This document shows, piece by piece, positions 40,391 to 54,487 of a stretch of 64,000 nucleotides of DNA (position 1 is the first letter of the stretch; each line of letters starts with the position of its first letter). The notes under the pieces were generated by a model. It made no database searches. It was not told the DNA's origin and saw only the letters and a list, made by a program, of their open reading frames with translations. A program made the translations under genes and the position numbers. Origin of the DNA: Eledone cirrhosa (taxonomy: Eukaryota); assembly GCA_964016885.1 (NCBI GenBank), contig OZ024743.1, forward strand, positions 163,308,001-163,372,000, written 5' to 3'.

Positions 40391-43300
40391 ATTCTTGGCG
40401 ACCTACGTAGTAAATCGTATCATCGTGAGCTCCGCAAAGGTTTGTTATTTTCAGTTATTTAAAATTGCCATTTATGGAAAATTTTTATTGTTAACTATAT
40501 ATAAGTGCACATACATTGATTTCTGAAAAGGACACTGAAAAATATTGGGGCCTTGAGCCCAAAATTTAAACTTTTTATAATTATCAAACAAAAAATTTTT
40601 ATTTGAAAAATAATGGATGACTCAGATTCACTCCTTCCTCACAATCCAACACCTCACACCGACACCACCATTGTAAACATTGCTACGTTTGCCAACACTG
40701 GAATTGTAAGCAGTAGCAATATTTTAAATTTGTCTCAGGCAGACGTTCATTTCCCGCCATTACCAATGACTGCAGGTGTTAAAGCCACCACCACCACCAC
40801 CACCGCGACAACCACCACCCCCACCACCACCACCACAGCGGCAACAGAAACAAAAGAAAAAAATAAATTAACTCATGATATCGAAATGAATTCAACCAAA
40901 ATGAACTCTTCCACACCGAACACCACTGACGCCACCACCACCACAATTGAAACTAAAATTAACAATAGCCAAAATAACGATAATAACAACAGCAACAATG
41001 AAATTAAGAAAACTACCCTGAATTTTGCCAGAGTAGCAAAAACGTGCGAAGCGATCTAGGTAACTCAGGAAGAATTAGATGAAGCCAAAGGAATGGTAAA
41101 GAAAGATGGGTACAGGGTCAGCCCCCCTCCCACCTAATAAAATGGAGCAACGTCGCCTATGCACCGTGTCTTATCGGACAATAAACATAAAATCGCGCCG
41201 AGTGGAACGGGCATCTGAGTCCCAAATCCAAAAAGCTTTGGGACATGTGTGGGCAAAAAAAACCACATCAGACGTGGGCAGAAGTATGGAACCGTGGACG
41301 TGTTCTTTGAAACACCACAGGAGGCCAGAGAACACTCCATGGCCCAATTAAGAAGTGACGACTTCACACTCATCCCAAGCTATTGTGGCCAGAGACTTGT
41401 GAAGATCAGGGTGACCCACGTTCCACCGGCCATCGAAATTCCCTGGCTAATGGCTGCCGTCCTCACCGGCATCGAGGCCAACACCAAAATAATAGAAATA
41501 GCAAAAGAAAAGCAGGAGAACTGGTCCGGATCTGGGATGGAGCTCCTGATCCAAGCGGACCATAAAAGCAATGAGGAGATCCCAGAGGTAATAGACCTCA
41601 CTGACGGCAGCCACCTCACCGTAATCGTCGAGGGCAGAAGACCTAGGTGTGTCGTTTGTGGTGAAGGAACCCACCTAAGGGCTTTCTGCCCTCAGGCTAA
41701 AAGGTTGAGGCCACCTCTCTTACCCACCCCAGTGACTCAACCATCAACACCACCAGCAGCAGAAATAGCAGCAACAGCAGAAGCAACTGTAACAGCAACA
41801 ACCGCAGCAACAGTAGCAAAACCAACACCACCACCACCCAACGCCCCAAAACTAGCACCAGCGCCTACACCATCCACCACGCCACAACCAAAACCAACGC
41901 CTGTGGAGGATTTTCCACTCCCCGGCTTATCGCAACTGGAGACAGATTGTGACGACGAGGAGTGGGAAACGGTATCAGGAAAAAAGAAAGAAAAAATTCT
42001 CTTCCTTCCCCCTGAAAAAACAAAATACAGAGGGAAACAAATAAATTATCGAACAAGAAAGTTAAGACAGATATGCCACCATCCACACCGGCATCACCAA
42101 CCCCATCACCATAAACACCAACACCATCACCATCATTAACCACAACACCACCATCACCAACACCACAAACGTCACCAAAAAGCGAAACAGAAACAAACCC
42201 ACAACAAACGCAAACAAAACAAAACAACCAAAACGATACACACTACACAGCATTAAATTTGAACAACAACCAATTATTACACTACATGCAACACAACACC
42301 AGCATCACAGAAAAAGACTACACAACAACCCAAAAGTCACACCACCTCCACACATACAAATCCCTCGCATCACACAGAAAACGTACACGACACTAAAACA
42401 AAAATTCCCCAAAGACATCGGAGACTTCCGACAAACACTCTCCAGGAGGATTTATAAGGATATCCTTCCGGAGGACGCCACAAGCAGTGAAAAGGATGGA
42501 CAAACCATCCTTCCTCTACAAGAAGTAAAGTAAGTGGTCTTTCCCATCTTTTCCACTCCATTTCAACATGACCTCACTCAGAATAGGCAGCATAAATGCA
42601 CATGGCTTGGGGTCGTCATGGAAGCAGAGCCACCTGCTCAATGACCTCAGGTCACTAAACATAGATGTAGTGGCCATCAGCGAGACCAGAATCTCCGAAG
42701 CACGGGCCTTCGCACCGATCTTCGGCGGCTATGATGTGTACGCATCTCCCAGCCGTCCGGGATCGGGGGGAGGAGTTGCTGTGCTTTTTCGGAGAGGTTT
42801 GGATCTCGCTATACAGGCCATCTTCCTGGACCCAGAGGGTAAGTTGGTGGTGCTAGACGTGACCAGCGGAGACGGGCAAGCTTTCAGGCTAGTGGCCGTC
42901 TATTCCCCGACAGGAGCAGGGCGGCCTGATTTCTTCCGGCGTCTGGAGACCTTTCTTGAAACGTCCCGCTCTTTAGTGTTAGTGGGCGACTGGAACGGGA
43001 TCTTAGATGCACGCTGGGACTGTGTGGGATTAGCGGATAGGGGATGAGGGTGCAAGAGCCTCACCAACTTGCTCAGGCGTTTTGAACTGCCTGACAGGTA
43101 CCGATTGGATTTCCCGAATGTGCCAATGTGGACTTGGACAAACCGCATCGGGTCATCCAGATCATATCTAGAGAGAGTATTTTGTAGGGAAATAGATAGG
43201 TCTAGCATAGGCTGTCCACAATTCAAGATAGTCAGCTACACGGACCACAAATTCGTGATCTGTGTACTTGACTTATATAGGCTTCATAGACGAGGACCCA

Positions 43301-46185
43301 GCTACTGGAAGCTAAACGCGTCCTTACCAGCGCGCAAGGCCTACAGAGACCGGATTAGCGAACTAGTTAAGCGGGCGTTGACGGGGGCCATCGTCAACAA
43401 CAAGTGGTGGTTTGCTCTGAAAAGAGCGATTAGAATAGAGTCCATTAGGTTTAGTAAGGCTTTAGCAATAGAGAAAAATAGAGCAGAGGGAGAACTAGTT
43501 AGAAAATTAGACGAGGCGCTTAGCAAAGGCATCGCGACCGACGTACTTGCGGCGAAATTGGCCCTTGACTAATTCTTCAATGCAAAGCACGAAGGCTGCG
43601 TTGTCAGAGCTAGGGTGCGTGCTCTCAAACACGAGGGGACGAAAGTCATTCAAGGGGCCCGAGTGGCGGAGGCGCGTCGAGGCAACAAGGCCACGATCCG
43701 GTCTTTGGTGGACCACGACGGACGCATGCTACTCGATCCCGGGCGAATGTGTGAAGCGTTTCAGCGACACTTCGCACAGCTGTTCGGGGGCAGCGGCGGG
43801 CCGGATCGAGGGATGGACTTTAGTGTCTACCTCGACGGACAAGCCGATAACAGCCGCTGAAGTACGGGAGGCAATGACTGGCTGCACAAGGGGTAAATCG
43901 CCTGGTTTGGATGGTCTGCCCTATGGACTTTACGTACAGATGCCAGACTTGTTCGGAGGCCTCTTGGCGGGCGTCTACTGCAACTGGTAACAGAACGGGA
44001 GAATTCCCAGCTCTGTGAGCCGAAGAGCTGTAGCGATGCTGAGAAAGGATCAAGGGGGATAACATAGATAATTTCAAGCCCATAACTCTGCTAAACACAG
44101 AGTTCAAGATTTTGGCCAAGGTGCTAGCAAAGAGGTTGGCGCTTGTCATTGGTGGTCTGGTGGGAGAGGCGCAGACATGCGCCATTCCTCACAGATCCAT
44201 CCACGACAACCTCCACCTCATGCGATACATCGTAGAGAGAGTAGCTAGGGAACCTGGCACGGGTGGGTCCTTGATCAATTTAGATCAGTCGAAAGCTTTC
44301 GATAGGGTCGACCATCGTTACCTAGCGGTAGTCCTGAGGGCGGCTGGCTTTGGGCCCGTCTTCAGAGGCTAGATCGCTGCCATGCACAGCGACATCTGCT
44401 CTGTGGTGAGAGTGAACGGTCACCTTTCGGAACCGTTCAACATCATGCGCTCGGTCCGCCAAGGATGTCCCTCTTGTACGTATTGACTCTCGAGCCATTA
44501 CTGCACAAACTGGAGACGTTGAGGGGGGTCCCGCGCGAACTAGGATGCGGAAGATCCGTGTCAGCATATGCGGACGATGTCACCGTAGTGGTGTCGAACG
44601 TCAAACACATCGAGGCGATCGGCACGACACTAAAAGAATACGAAGCGGTGACAGGAGCAATGATCAACCAGGAAAAGTCAGTGGGCCTGCAGCTCGGCAC
44701 CTGGGGAGGCAGGTCCATGCCGTCCAACAGCGTCGTCGGGCGCTGGACGGACGGACCAGTTAAATTGCTCGGGGTCTGATTCGGTCCAGATCTCCAGACG
44801 GACAAAAACTGGGACGAGGTGATGAGCAGGGTGGCTTCTCTCACCCAGAAATGGGCGGAGATGAAGCTATCCCTGAAAGGTCGAGCGGAGGTGGCTAACG
44901 CGTACTTCGCGTCTGTCATCTGCTACTGCATGACCATCGTACCTTGTCCTAAGCCCCGCCTGACTGCGCTGGAGCGTTTGCTCTTTCGCTTTTTGTGGAC
45001 GGGACGCGCTCCGATGGTCAGGCGGTCCATCTGCTGTCAACACCCGCTACGTGGAGGGATGGGCTTGCCGTGGCTGATGATGCGCAGACACGCGCTCAGG
45101 CTACGACATCTCCACCTCTTCCTCGACGGTGATCAGGTGTGGTCGCCGTTTGCTAGACGCGTCTTTCCCCAGCTCGTCTCCTTGACGGAGCTGCAGTCCT
45201 GGGTCAAGCGAAGACCGAGAGGGAGCGCTTGGAGACTGGAATGTCTTCAGGCGCTCACACCCCTCGACCAATCGGGCAATGTAATCGGTGGAAACTCCAC
45301 CTTGGCGTTCTATAGAGGATTAGTGGAGGGGAAGAGCGACGACGTACTTTGGGGAAACTCTGGGCGTCGACGAAAATCAACTAGCCAATCTGTTCGGAAG
45401 AACTTTCGGGCCGAGGCCTATGGACAACTTCCAGAAATCTCTGGCCTGGCAGTGCTACTGAGGAGCTTTGCCAGTTCGGGATAAACTCTACAGGCATGGA
45501 AGTGCCGCCAGCCGGGCATGTCCGAGATGCGCGCAGGGCGACGAAACCGTCCTGCACGCACTCGTCCAGTGTCCGAGCATTGCTGACTTGTGGGTTTATG
45601 TCGAACACCTGCTGTCGCATGTAGGACGGATCCAGCTATCAGCTGAGTCCATCGTGACGATTTTCCCGCCCTCTTCCTTTAGCCGGGAAGGGCAGGCGGT
45701 TTTTATCTGTCTGGTGGCCATGGCGAAAGAGATAGTATGGTGGACACGTTTGAAAGGGCTGAAGACGAGCACTTACCTCTTCGGTGATGCCCTGATTAAC
45801 TTTTTCAAATTTCATTTGAAAAGGAAAAGCAGGGTAGAGAGGGAAGTGCTCTCTTTCCAGCATTTTGTTGAAAGATGGGTGAGAGAGGCAAGCATGGCCC
45901 GAGTGAATGGGCCTACTCTGAGTATGTGTCTGTAAATTAAAGGTGGAAAACTGGGAGAGGGCACTTGCCCTGGTGGTCAGGGTCACTGTGGCTTTTTAAT
46001 GGGCTTTCTCCACGAATGTCCCTCGGAAGTCTCCCCCTATTGGGGAATTTTTTCATTGTTCTATTATTACATCCTCTGTTTTTTGTTTTTTTACATGCAG
46101 AAATGCCCTTTTGTACCGTCCTGTATTGTCCTGTACTGTCCTTAATGTCTACTTTGTGTAAACCCTTGTGGTTAATAAAGAAAGC
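40391..46185 (+). mobile_element. Near full-length decayed Tx1/L1-group LINE
   Basis: ORF1 remnants (40613-~42550) with CCHC knuckle CVVCGEGTHLRAFC; ORF2 remnants 42568-45935 with APE (IGSINAHGL, GDWN, YTDH), RT (LDQSKAFDRVDH, YADD) and CPRC...HALVQC; AATAAA at 46174; many stops and frameshifts. Confidence 0.9.
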
Positions 46186-46203
46186 ATTATTATTATTATT
46201 ATT

Positions 46204-49200
46204 TGCATTTATCTTGCTTTATGTTTATACGAGTTATCACCAAGTCACAACCAGTGACCTCAAGAGACAACAAGGTCCGCCATGTTCAAGAAAGAACACA
46301 CATATTCACACATGCATCCTTAGTGTTTAGACTTGTGATGTACTTATATTGACAGGATCTTCCTTAGTATATGGGCAGTTCCCATTAGTACTATCTTTTG
46401 TATTTCTCCTATACGCGGGTTTCCTGGGATTTGCGATAAGTAGTCGTTAGACCCCTTAGGTATCATTCCCAGAGCGCCTACAACCACTGGTATTGTTTTA
46501 GTTCTCAATTTCCACATTTTTCCAATTTCTATCTCCAGGTCCTTATACTTGCTCAATTTTTCAAATGTTTTTATAGATACATTCTTGTCTATTGGAACAG
46601 ACATATCAATTAGCAGGCATACCCTCCTTTGAAAGTCCTTCAATATTATATCAGGTCTATTTGCATCTATTTTTCGGTCTGTTTGGATGCTAAAGTTCCA
46701 CAAGATTGAGATGTGATCTTTTTCAAGTATGGGAGGTGGTTGATGCTCCCACCAATTCTTTTGATGGGGCAGGTCAAAATGCTTGCACATTATCCAATGT
46801 ATGTATTGTGCAGCTCTGTCATGCCTGTTTAGGTATTCGGTTGGAGCTATAGGACTGCACATTGAAATTATATGGTCAATGGTCTCTGGTTGTTTTTTGC
46901 ATACACGGCATAATGGGCTGCACCCATTTTTTATTATGTTGGCTTGGTAATTTTTTGTTGGCAGACACTGATCTTGTGCGGATATAATCAGTCCTTCAGT
47001 CTCCGATTTCAGTCCAGAGGATGCCAACCACTGATGGGTTAAAGTTTTGTCAACATCAGGATTGTTAGCTCGCTCTGGGTATTTTCCATACAGAGGCTTT
47101 TCTTGCCATTTCTTAGCCAGTTTCTGTAGCAGTTCTTTCTTTGCAGTTACTTTTACCTGCTTTGCTTTTTCTGTGTTTTCCATTTCAGCAGTAAATGGGA
47201 CTTCTGAAATTTGTAGTCCATTACTGTATCTTTGTGCATCTTTTGTAATGGAATATGATCTTTTGGTGCTTTCGTGTTTCAAAACGAGTTTGATCATCCA
47301 ATCATGTGATTCCCTTAGATATGTGGATAATCCAATTGTTGCAGTTTTCAACGCAATGTCTAACTGGATTAACCCACGTCCTCCTTCTTTCCTAGGGAGA
47401 TATATTCTATCTATGTCTGCCTTAGGGTGATGCATTCTGTGCATGGTTAAGAATTTTCGGATTTTTGTATCGAGCCTACGGATCTCTGTGCTTGACCAGT
47501 TGATGACATTGTAACTGTAGGTTACTACTGGTATGGCAAGCGTGTTTATGGCATCGATCCTATTCCTTGCATTCAATTCCGTTCTTAAGATTGCTCTGAC
47601 TCTGCGGTAACATTCCTTCCTTATCCTTTCCCTCATTGTCGAGTGCTTGATTCCGTCTCCTTCACAAACACCTAGATATTTGTAAGTTTGTTCTTGATCA
47701 AGCTCTCTTATCACGTTCCCCCGATCAAGATTAATGTCTGAACTCTTCAGCAGCTTTCCTCTGGTGAACGTTGCTTTGGCGCATTTATCCAGTCCAAACT
47801 CCATTTTAATGTCATCACTGAACTGCTTCACAGTGGATAATAGCCCTTGCAATTGTTCATCATTTTTTGCAAATAGTTTCAGGTCATCCATGTAGAACAG
47901 GTGATTAATGGTTTTGTCATAGACTCTATATCCATGTTTTGTTTCATTGAGCATTTTACTTAATGGTATAAGTGCGATGCAGAATAAAAGCGGTGATAAA
48001 GAGTCACCCTGAAAAATTCCACAATTAATGTTAACTTCTCCAGCTTCCAGTGATTTTGTTTCACTATTCAAAAGGAGTGTCGTTCTCCATGTCCTCATAC
48101 TGAATGACAAAAACCTCCTGATAACGGGGGATATTTTGAAAATCTCTAAACATTTTTCAATCCAACTGTGTGGCAAACTATCAAATGCTTTTTTATAATC
48201 TATCCAAGCAATCGATAGATTTTTGTGTCTATTATGACAATCTTCCAGTATCATTTTGTTAACTAGAAGCTGATCCTTACAGCCATATGAGCCTCGTTTA
48301 CACCCTTTCTGCTCAATGGGAAATAGGTCATTTGTTATCAGGTGGTCATATGTGTATTCAGTTAGGACTGATGTTAAAATTTTATACATTGTGGTCAAGC
48401 AGGTTATCGGTCTGTAATTTTTGGGATTGTTTGTCTCATCATTCTTCGGTAGCAGGAATGTAATGCCGTTAACTAGCCATGATGGTATCTTTTCTGGCTC
48501 CTTAACTATTTCATTGTAAAGTTGGGCTAACAGCTCATGAGACTCTGTGAAGGCATTTATCCAAAAGTTTTGTATTTTGTCTTTTCCTGGGGATTTCCAT
48601 TTGCTGGTTTTTCTTAGAGCCAAGCGCAGCTGTTCAACTGTTATATTTTCCCATGTTTGTTCTTCAAGGTGAGCTGTTTCTTTCATTTGTCTGTCTATCC
48701 ATGGGGCATGTATGTTATGAACTTTTTCTTCGGCCCAGATCTTTTCCCAGAATTCTTGCACTTCCTCCTTGGGTGGTATTGATTTAGCAGTTATTGTTGA
48801 CTTACCAATTTTTCTGTAGAAGTTTCTTTGGTTGTTTTTGAACATATTATTGTCCTTATAGAATCTAGATCGTTTTTCAAAGCGCCTTATACGAGCAGCT
48901 TTGGCCGACACTTTTTGCTTGATTGTTTCTATCAGCATGTCTATGTCACATGTTGATCTTATACTGTACTTTTTTTTCAATTTTCTAAGTTTAGTTTGTT
49001 TAACATGTTCACCTACTTTATAGTTTGTTAAAATTTCTATGTCAGATCGGAGAAGGTTTATTTGGCGATTGATGTTATCTTGCCAAGTAGATTTCTTGTG
49101 GGAATTCCTTTGTTTTTTCATCTTCACTCCACATAAGTGAGTGGTGACTTTAGCCGATGCATAATAGAGATGATTTAAGTCAGTAATGCTTAGTTTGTTT

Positions 49201-49965
49201 GTGATGATAATGTTTTTGAGAATTATGTTTGTCTTGTGTATTATCTTTTGGTTCTGTTTGGAGTTCTGGATCTTAGGGAGGGTGTCTCGTTCCCCCATGT
49301 CAGATTCTTTCATTTTCATCCATTCGATCATAATTTCATCCTTCAAGTTGGCAAGTTCATTCTCATTCATTTCTTTATCATTTACGATCTCATTATTTTC
49401 ATTTGGAGTTTCATCCTGAGCATGCACTCCCTCCACTTTTTCGCTCCTTTCTTTAATTTGTTCTGTTGCCAGTGATTCCGCCCCAACTCTGGGATTCGAA
49501 GTGTTACAGTTTACCTCGTTTTCACTGACACATGCTTCATTTTCCCTTCGCTGACTTTGTGCTACTAGCTTGATCTGATCAATTTCTATATCAGTTAGTA
49601 ACTTTTTTCTTACAATATTTCTTCGTATATTGGCTAGTTTGTTACTGTCAATATAGCCTCTGTTTTCGGGATGTTTCTTTTTCCAGTTGATATATGTTTG
49701 CTCTGTATTCGATGTATTTGATGGGTAGTACATGGCAGTGTAGAAAGCCTCAAGGACTTCTTTATTATCTTCCCTTGACCATTTTTCTCTCTTTTTCTTT
49801 GGATTTCTTGGTGGTGAGCATGGAGGGCCAACAGTAGGAGTATTCCGGTTATGGGAGGTCTCCAGCTCCGAAGTGATGGGAAGGTTTGAACCATTAGCTG
49901 ATTTTTCGACCCCAGTCTGGTTCCTCTCTGAGGGACGCGGCCCTTTTTTACCCGGGTGACGGCCG
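46204..49965 (-). mobile_element. Dong/R4-clade RLE non-LTR retrotransposon inserted in a (TAA)n tract
   Basis: Both ends abut TAA/TTA repeats; ~140-bp 3' UTR; single ORF with RT, CCHC finger and restriction-like endonuclease. Confidence 0.92.
46344..49965 (-). CDS. Uninterrupted Dong/R4 ORF (~1200 aa): RT plus CCHC plus RLE endonuclease
   Basis: [37 protein letters not shown]; CRVC...HIISMC; RHD...NRPDI...IDMSVP...KYKDL. The listed N-terminus MHIHIYIII comes from microsatellite; first element Met is at 49733. Confidence 0.9.
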
Positions 49966-50025
<60 letters not shown>

Positions 50026-50067
50026 TGTATATGCATGTATGTATGTGTTTATATATAAATATATGTA

Positions 50068-50110
<43 letters not shown>

Positions 50111-50367
50111 GTATATATATATATACATGTATAAACAATTATTTCTCGACGAATAGGCTACAAATTACGGTAAAGACTCTGGAACTCTGAGAAAAAGCAT
50201 TAAAATTGGACAATCTCACCAACACAACATACGCCAGAACACGTGGCAACTCAAACACTCACCTTACCTTGAATCAAAGAAGAACTACAGTAAGAACTCT
50301 TACAACATGAACAAAAAGCACAAACACGACGGTTGAAAATTGCAAACTTGACTGTCACCACAGAATA

Positions 50368-50406
50368 TGAACCTGAAGATTGCGAAAGCATGAAAGTACT
50401 TGTTCA
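50368..50406 (+). ncRNA. Type I minimal hammerhead ribozyme next to a PLE fragment
   Basis: tgaac CTGAAGA t tgc gaaa gca t GAAA gtac TT gttca; GNRA-capped stem II, palindromic agtact stem III. Confidence 0.85.
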
Positions 50407-50607
50407 ATTAACACTTAACATTTAATATTCTACCATACTATTTCATTCTAATACCATTATACATTTTAAAGGATTGTAAATAAAACGAGTAAATCAGACA
50501 AAGTTGGAATTCCTTTTATTAATATAATCTTCTTATACACAATCATACACACCCATGTATATTTATTTATATATATCTATATCTATATACATGTATATAT
50601 GTATGTA

Positions 50608-51900
50608 TCGAAAAGCACTAGATAGATACGGAAACCCCTTCTACCTCCACATAGAAAAAAACTAGAAGAGATATCTGGATGAATGCATAGAAAGACTTTT
50701 TGAATTTAAAACACTTCTAAATGGACTCAACACAAATATTCAATTTACAATGGAATGCAGCAGCCATGGACAACTTCCTTTCCTCGACATCCTTATCAAG
50801 AAAACCAACAACAAAATAGAAACAGACATATACTATAAACCCACATACTCCAAACAGTATCTTCCATTCAACTAATGCCACCCCAGACACACCAAAATGA
50901 GCATACCCTACAACCTAGCCAAAAGGATCTGCACAATAGTATCTGATAGAAACACCTGCTACATACGACTAGAAGAATTAAAGAACACACTTATTAGCAG
51001 GAATTACCCACCATCCCTAATCAACAATGGATTCCAAAGAGCCTTAAAACTCAACATCCAGGAACTTAGACACCCCAAACTAAGGAATGAATCAAAACTG
51101 AAAACCCTACCATACATCTCCACACACAACCCCCTCAACAATGAGGCATTCAACACCCTCCTCCAGAACATACCTTTACTAAAAAGAGAACCAAATCCTC
51201 CAAACGCACAATATCATAAAGAGCAAAAGACAACCTAAATCAATAAAAAACATCCTTACACAGGCCAAAGTCCAGCCGACCCCCACAATGAACCCTACAG
51301 TAAAAAAATGCAGAAGACCCAACTGTGGTATATGTACCAATCTAATAGAGAGATCAGAGTTCCACTTCAAACAAGGAGAACACTTTACAGTTAAGTGCAA
51401 TTTCACACGCGCACCAGAAAACCTGATCTATGTGTTGACCTGCTCAGGTTGTCGAGAGCACTACATAGGACAGACCAAAAACAGCCTCCAACAACGTATG
51501 ACTGTCCATAGATCCCAAATCAAAATACGGGAATACAGAAAGATAGCACTAAGTGAACACATCGCGACCTGCGCATCCAATGAACAACACAATTTTTGAA
51601 TTTTTCCCATCTACAAATTCAAAGATACCACCTCCTACATCCAACGCAATTTATTGAATCACAATTTATTGCCAAATACAAACCTCTTCTAAATTCTTCC
51701 ACTTCAGACTAAACCAAATGTAGCACACTTTAAAATCAACACCCTAGACAAGATTCCCGCAACCTCTGACAACCATATAATGCAGACCAAGCAACCACAT
51801 AGCAACATCCACATCAGCAAGTCCTGGAAGACCCCCATGAAGATAATTGGACAAATGGAAACATTCAGGTGTCAAACTAAATGCTTTACATTCCCCTGAA
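50608..51900 (+). mobile_element. Penelope-like element fragment (RT thumb plus GIY-YIG)
   Basis: LPFLD...TDIYYKP, SIPYNLAKRICTIVS, CRRPNCGIC, NLIYVLTCSGCREHYIGQT. Confidence 0.88.
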
Positions 51901-52491
51901 TCTGGAAGCTTCTGCTGAAGATAGAATGGGTATTCCAGTGGCTCTGAACCCCTCTTTATAGCAAAACTTTCTCCATCCCCCTAAATCTAAAATTACTGCT
52001 AGAGATGGAATTAATATTTCAATAACTCTAAATCTTGTTTGTGGCATTGATGATTTCTTCTAAGAAAAAATACCAAGACAGATATTTCTAGCACCCCCTC
52101 CCCCCGGTAAACTCTAAGGTCACCTAGCCTTTCAAACCAATCCCAGCCAAACCTAATATCCACTATTCAACCTTCCCCTACTTCCTCCTCCTCCTTCATT
52201 AGCAGAGAAAGATGGACTGAAAATATGACTTTCCTCTCTGAAAGAAAAACATATGAGAATATTAACTTTTCTTCCCCTCTTTATATTTTCGTTTTTTCTC
52301 ATTTTGTTATTATCATTATCTCCACGACTTGTACAAAATATGCAACTTAACAATATTCTGCATATCCGCAATTGATAATGCATTTAATGCTGAAACCGGT
52401 ATTGTAAATAAATTAATGTTTTCATATCTCACTAAAAATATCTCTTCAACATTTTCTACAGGAAAAACACACTTTTTCCTTTCTACTATTT

Positions 52492-52538
<47 letters not shown>

Positions 52539-52541
<3 letters not shown>

Positions 52542-54248
52542 ATATGAAGACAGGCAAGGCAGTTGGGCCTTCGGAGATAGTTGCTGAGATGTTGAAGGCA
52601 TCTGGTATGGTGGGACACACTATGGTCACCCGTATAGTTAATCAAGTAATACAGAATGGGGTCTTACTGAAAGACTGGCATAGCAGCAACATCATTAACT
52701 GCTACAAAGGTAAAGGGGATGCTCTAGATAGGGGAAACTATAGAGGCATTAAGTTAGTTGACCAGGTCATGAAGGTCACAGAAAGAGTTATAGCACAACT
52801 AATCAGAGAGCGAATGGATCTAGATGAAATGCAGTTTGGGTTTGTGTCAGGTAAAAGTACCACATACGCTTTTTTCCTTGTACAACAACTACAAGAGAAG
52901 TACCTAGCTAAAAGTAAACCCCTCTACTTAGCTTTTGTAGACCTAGAGAAAGCTTTTGACAGAGTCCCCCACTCCATTATCTGGTGGGCTCTTAGAAAAC
53001 TAGGTGTAGATGAGTGGCTTGTAAGAGCTATACAAGCTATGTATAATGAAACAGTCAGTAAGGTTAGAATTAACAATGAATATTGTGAAGAATTTAGTGT
53101 AAAAATTGGCGTTCATCAAGGCTGTCCTTAGCCCCCTCGTATTTATTATTGCCCTTCAGGCTATAACAGAGGAGTTCAAGACCGGCTGCCCATGGGAACT
53201 CCTATACGCAGATGATCTAACGCTCATAGCTGAATCAATGGCTGAACTAGAGAAGAAATTCGAAACATGGAAGCATGGCCTAGAATCAAAAGGCCTTAAA
53301 GTTAACTTGTCTAAGACTAAAGATTGTAGAAAGGAAAATAGAGCACAGGTGCCCTCAGGGAAATGGCCATGCTCAGTGTGTAGGAAAGGAGTAGTCAGAA
53401 ATTCCATTTTATGTCCCAAATGCAAAGTATGGTTACATAAAAGATGTAGTGGGATCACAGGTAAACTATCTAAGAACGTAGACTTTATATGTGGCCGATG
53501 GTCAGGTCCAATAAGTAGCAAGTGTCCAAAGGATACTAGCTCCTTCTATTGCCCAGATGGTTCTATAGAAATAGTAGACACTTTCCCTTACCTGGGTGAC
53601 GAATTCAGCAGTGGTGGAGGGTGTTCTGAAAGTACAGTAGCCAGAGTCGGAACGGGATAGAAAGAGTTCAGAGAGCTTATACCGCATGCAAGCTTCGTTC
53701 CTCTCCAGTCTGTGTAGATCCTCTGCACACAAGGCCCATGTCTCACTGCCATGCAACATTGCTGTTCGTATGCAGGCATCATACAGCCTGCCTTTCATTT
53801 TTAGTGAGAACCCTTTAGCGGCCAATAGTGGTATAATCTTTCTGAACTTTTTCCATCCCGTTGTGACTCTAGCTACTGTACTTTCAGAGCACCCTCCACC
53901 ACTGCTGATTTTGTCACCCAGGTAACGGAAGGTATCCACTATTTCTATAGAACCATCTGTGCAATGGAATGAGCTAGTATTCCATGGGCACTTGCTGCTA
54001 CTTATTGCACCAGAGCACCGGCCACATATAAAATCTATATTCTTAGTTAGTTTACCTGTGATCCCACTACATCTTTTATGCACCCATACTTTGCATTTGG
54101 GACATAAAATGGAGTTTCTGCCTACTCCTTTCCTACACACTGAGCATGGCCATTTCCCAGATGGGACTGGTGCCTTATTTTCCTTCCTACAAACTAGAAC
54201 TTTAGTCTTAGACAGGTTAATTTTAAGGCCTTTTGATTCTAGGCCATG

Positions 54249-54250
<2 letters not shown>
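52539..54250. mobile_element. Two RTE RT fragments fused tail-to-tail (plus 52539-53683, minus 53684-54250)
   Basis: Overlapping homologous peptides on opposite strands (YADD; [13 protein letters not shown]) joined with no spacer. Confidence 0.88.
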
Positions 54251-54336
<86 letters not shown>

Positions 54337-54454
54337 TGGTGAAACAATTGTTCTCGGTATGGTGAACTAACTGTTGTGTAACCACTTCTACCTAACTCGT
54401 CCCATGAACTGAGCGCTCTACCACTACGGATATTACCTTCCAGTGTTCTACCAC

Positions 54455-54487
<33 letters not shown>

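Noticed and set aside
49966-50036. MHIHIY-poly-Ile N-terminus of the 1230-aa ORF, resembling a signal peptide
   Set aside because: Derived from the flanking TA/TAA microsatellite, outside the element
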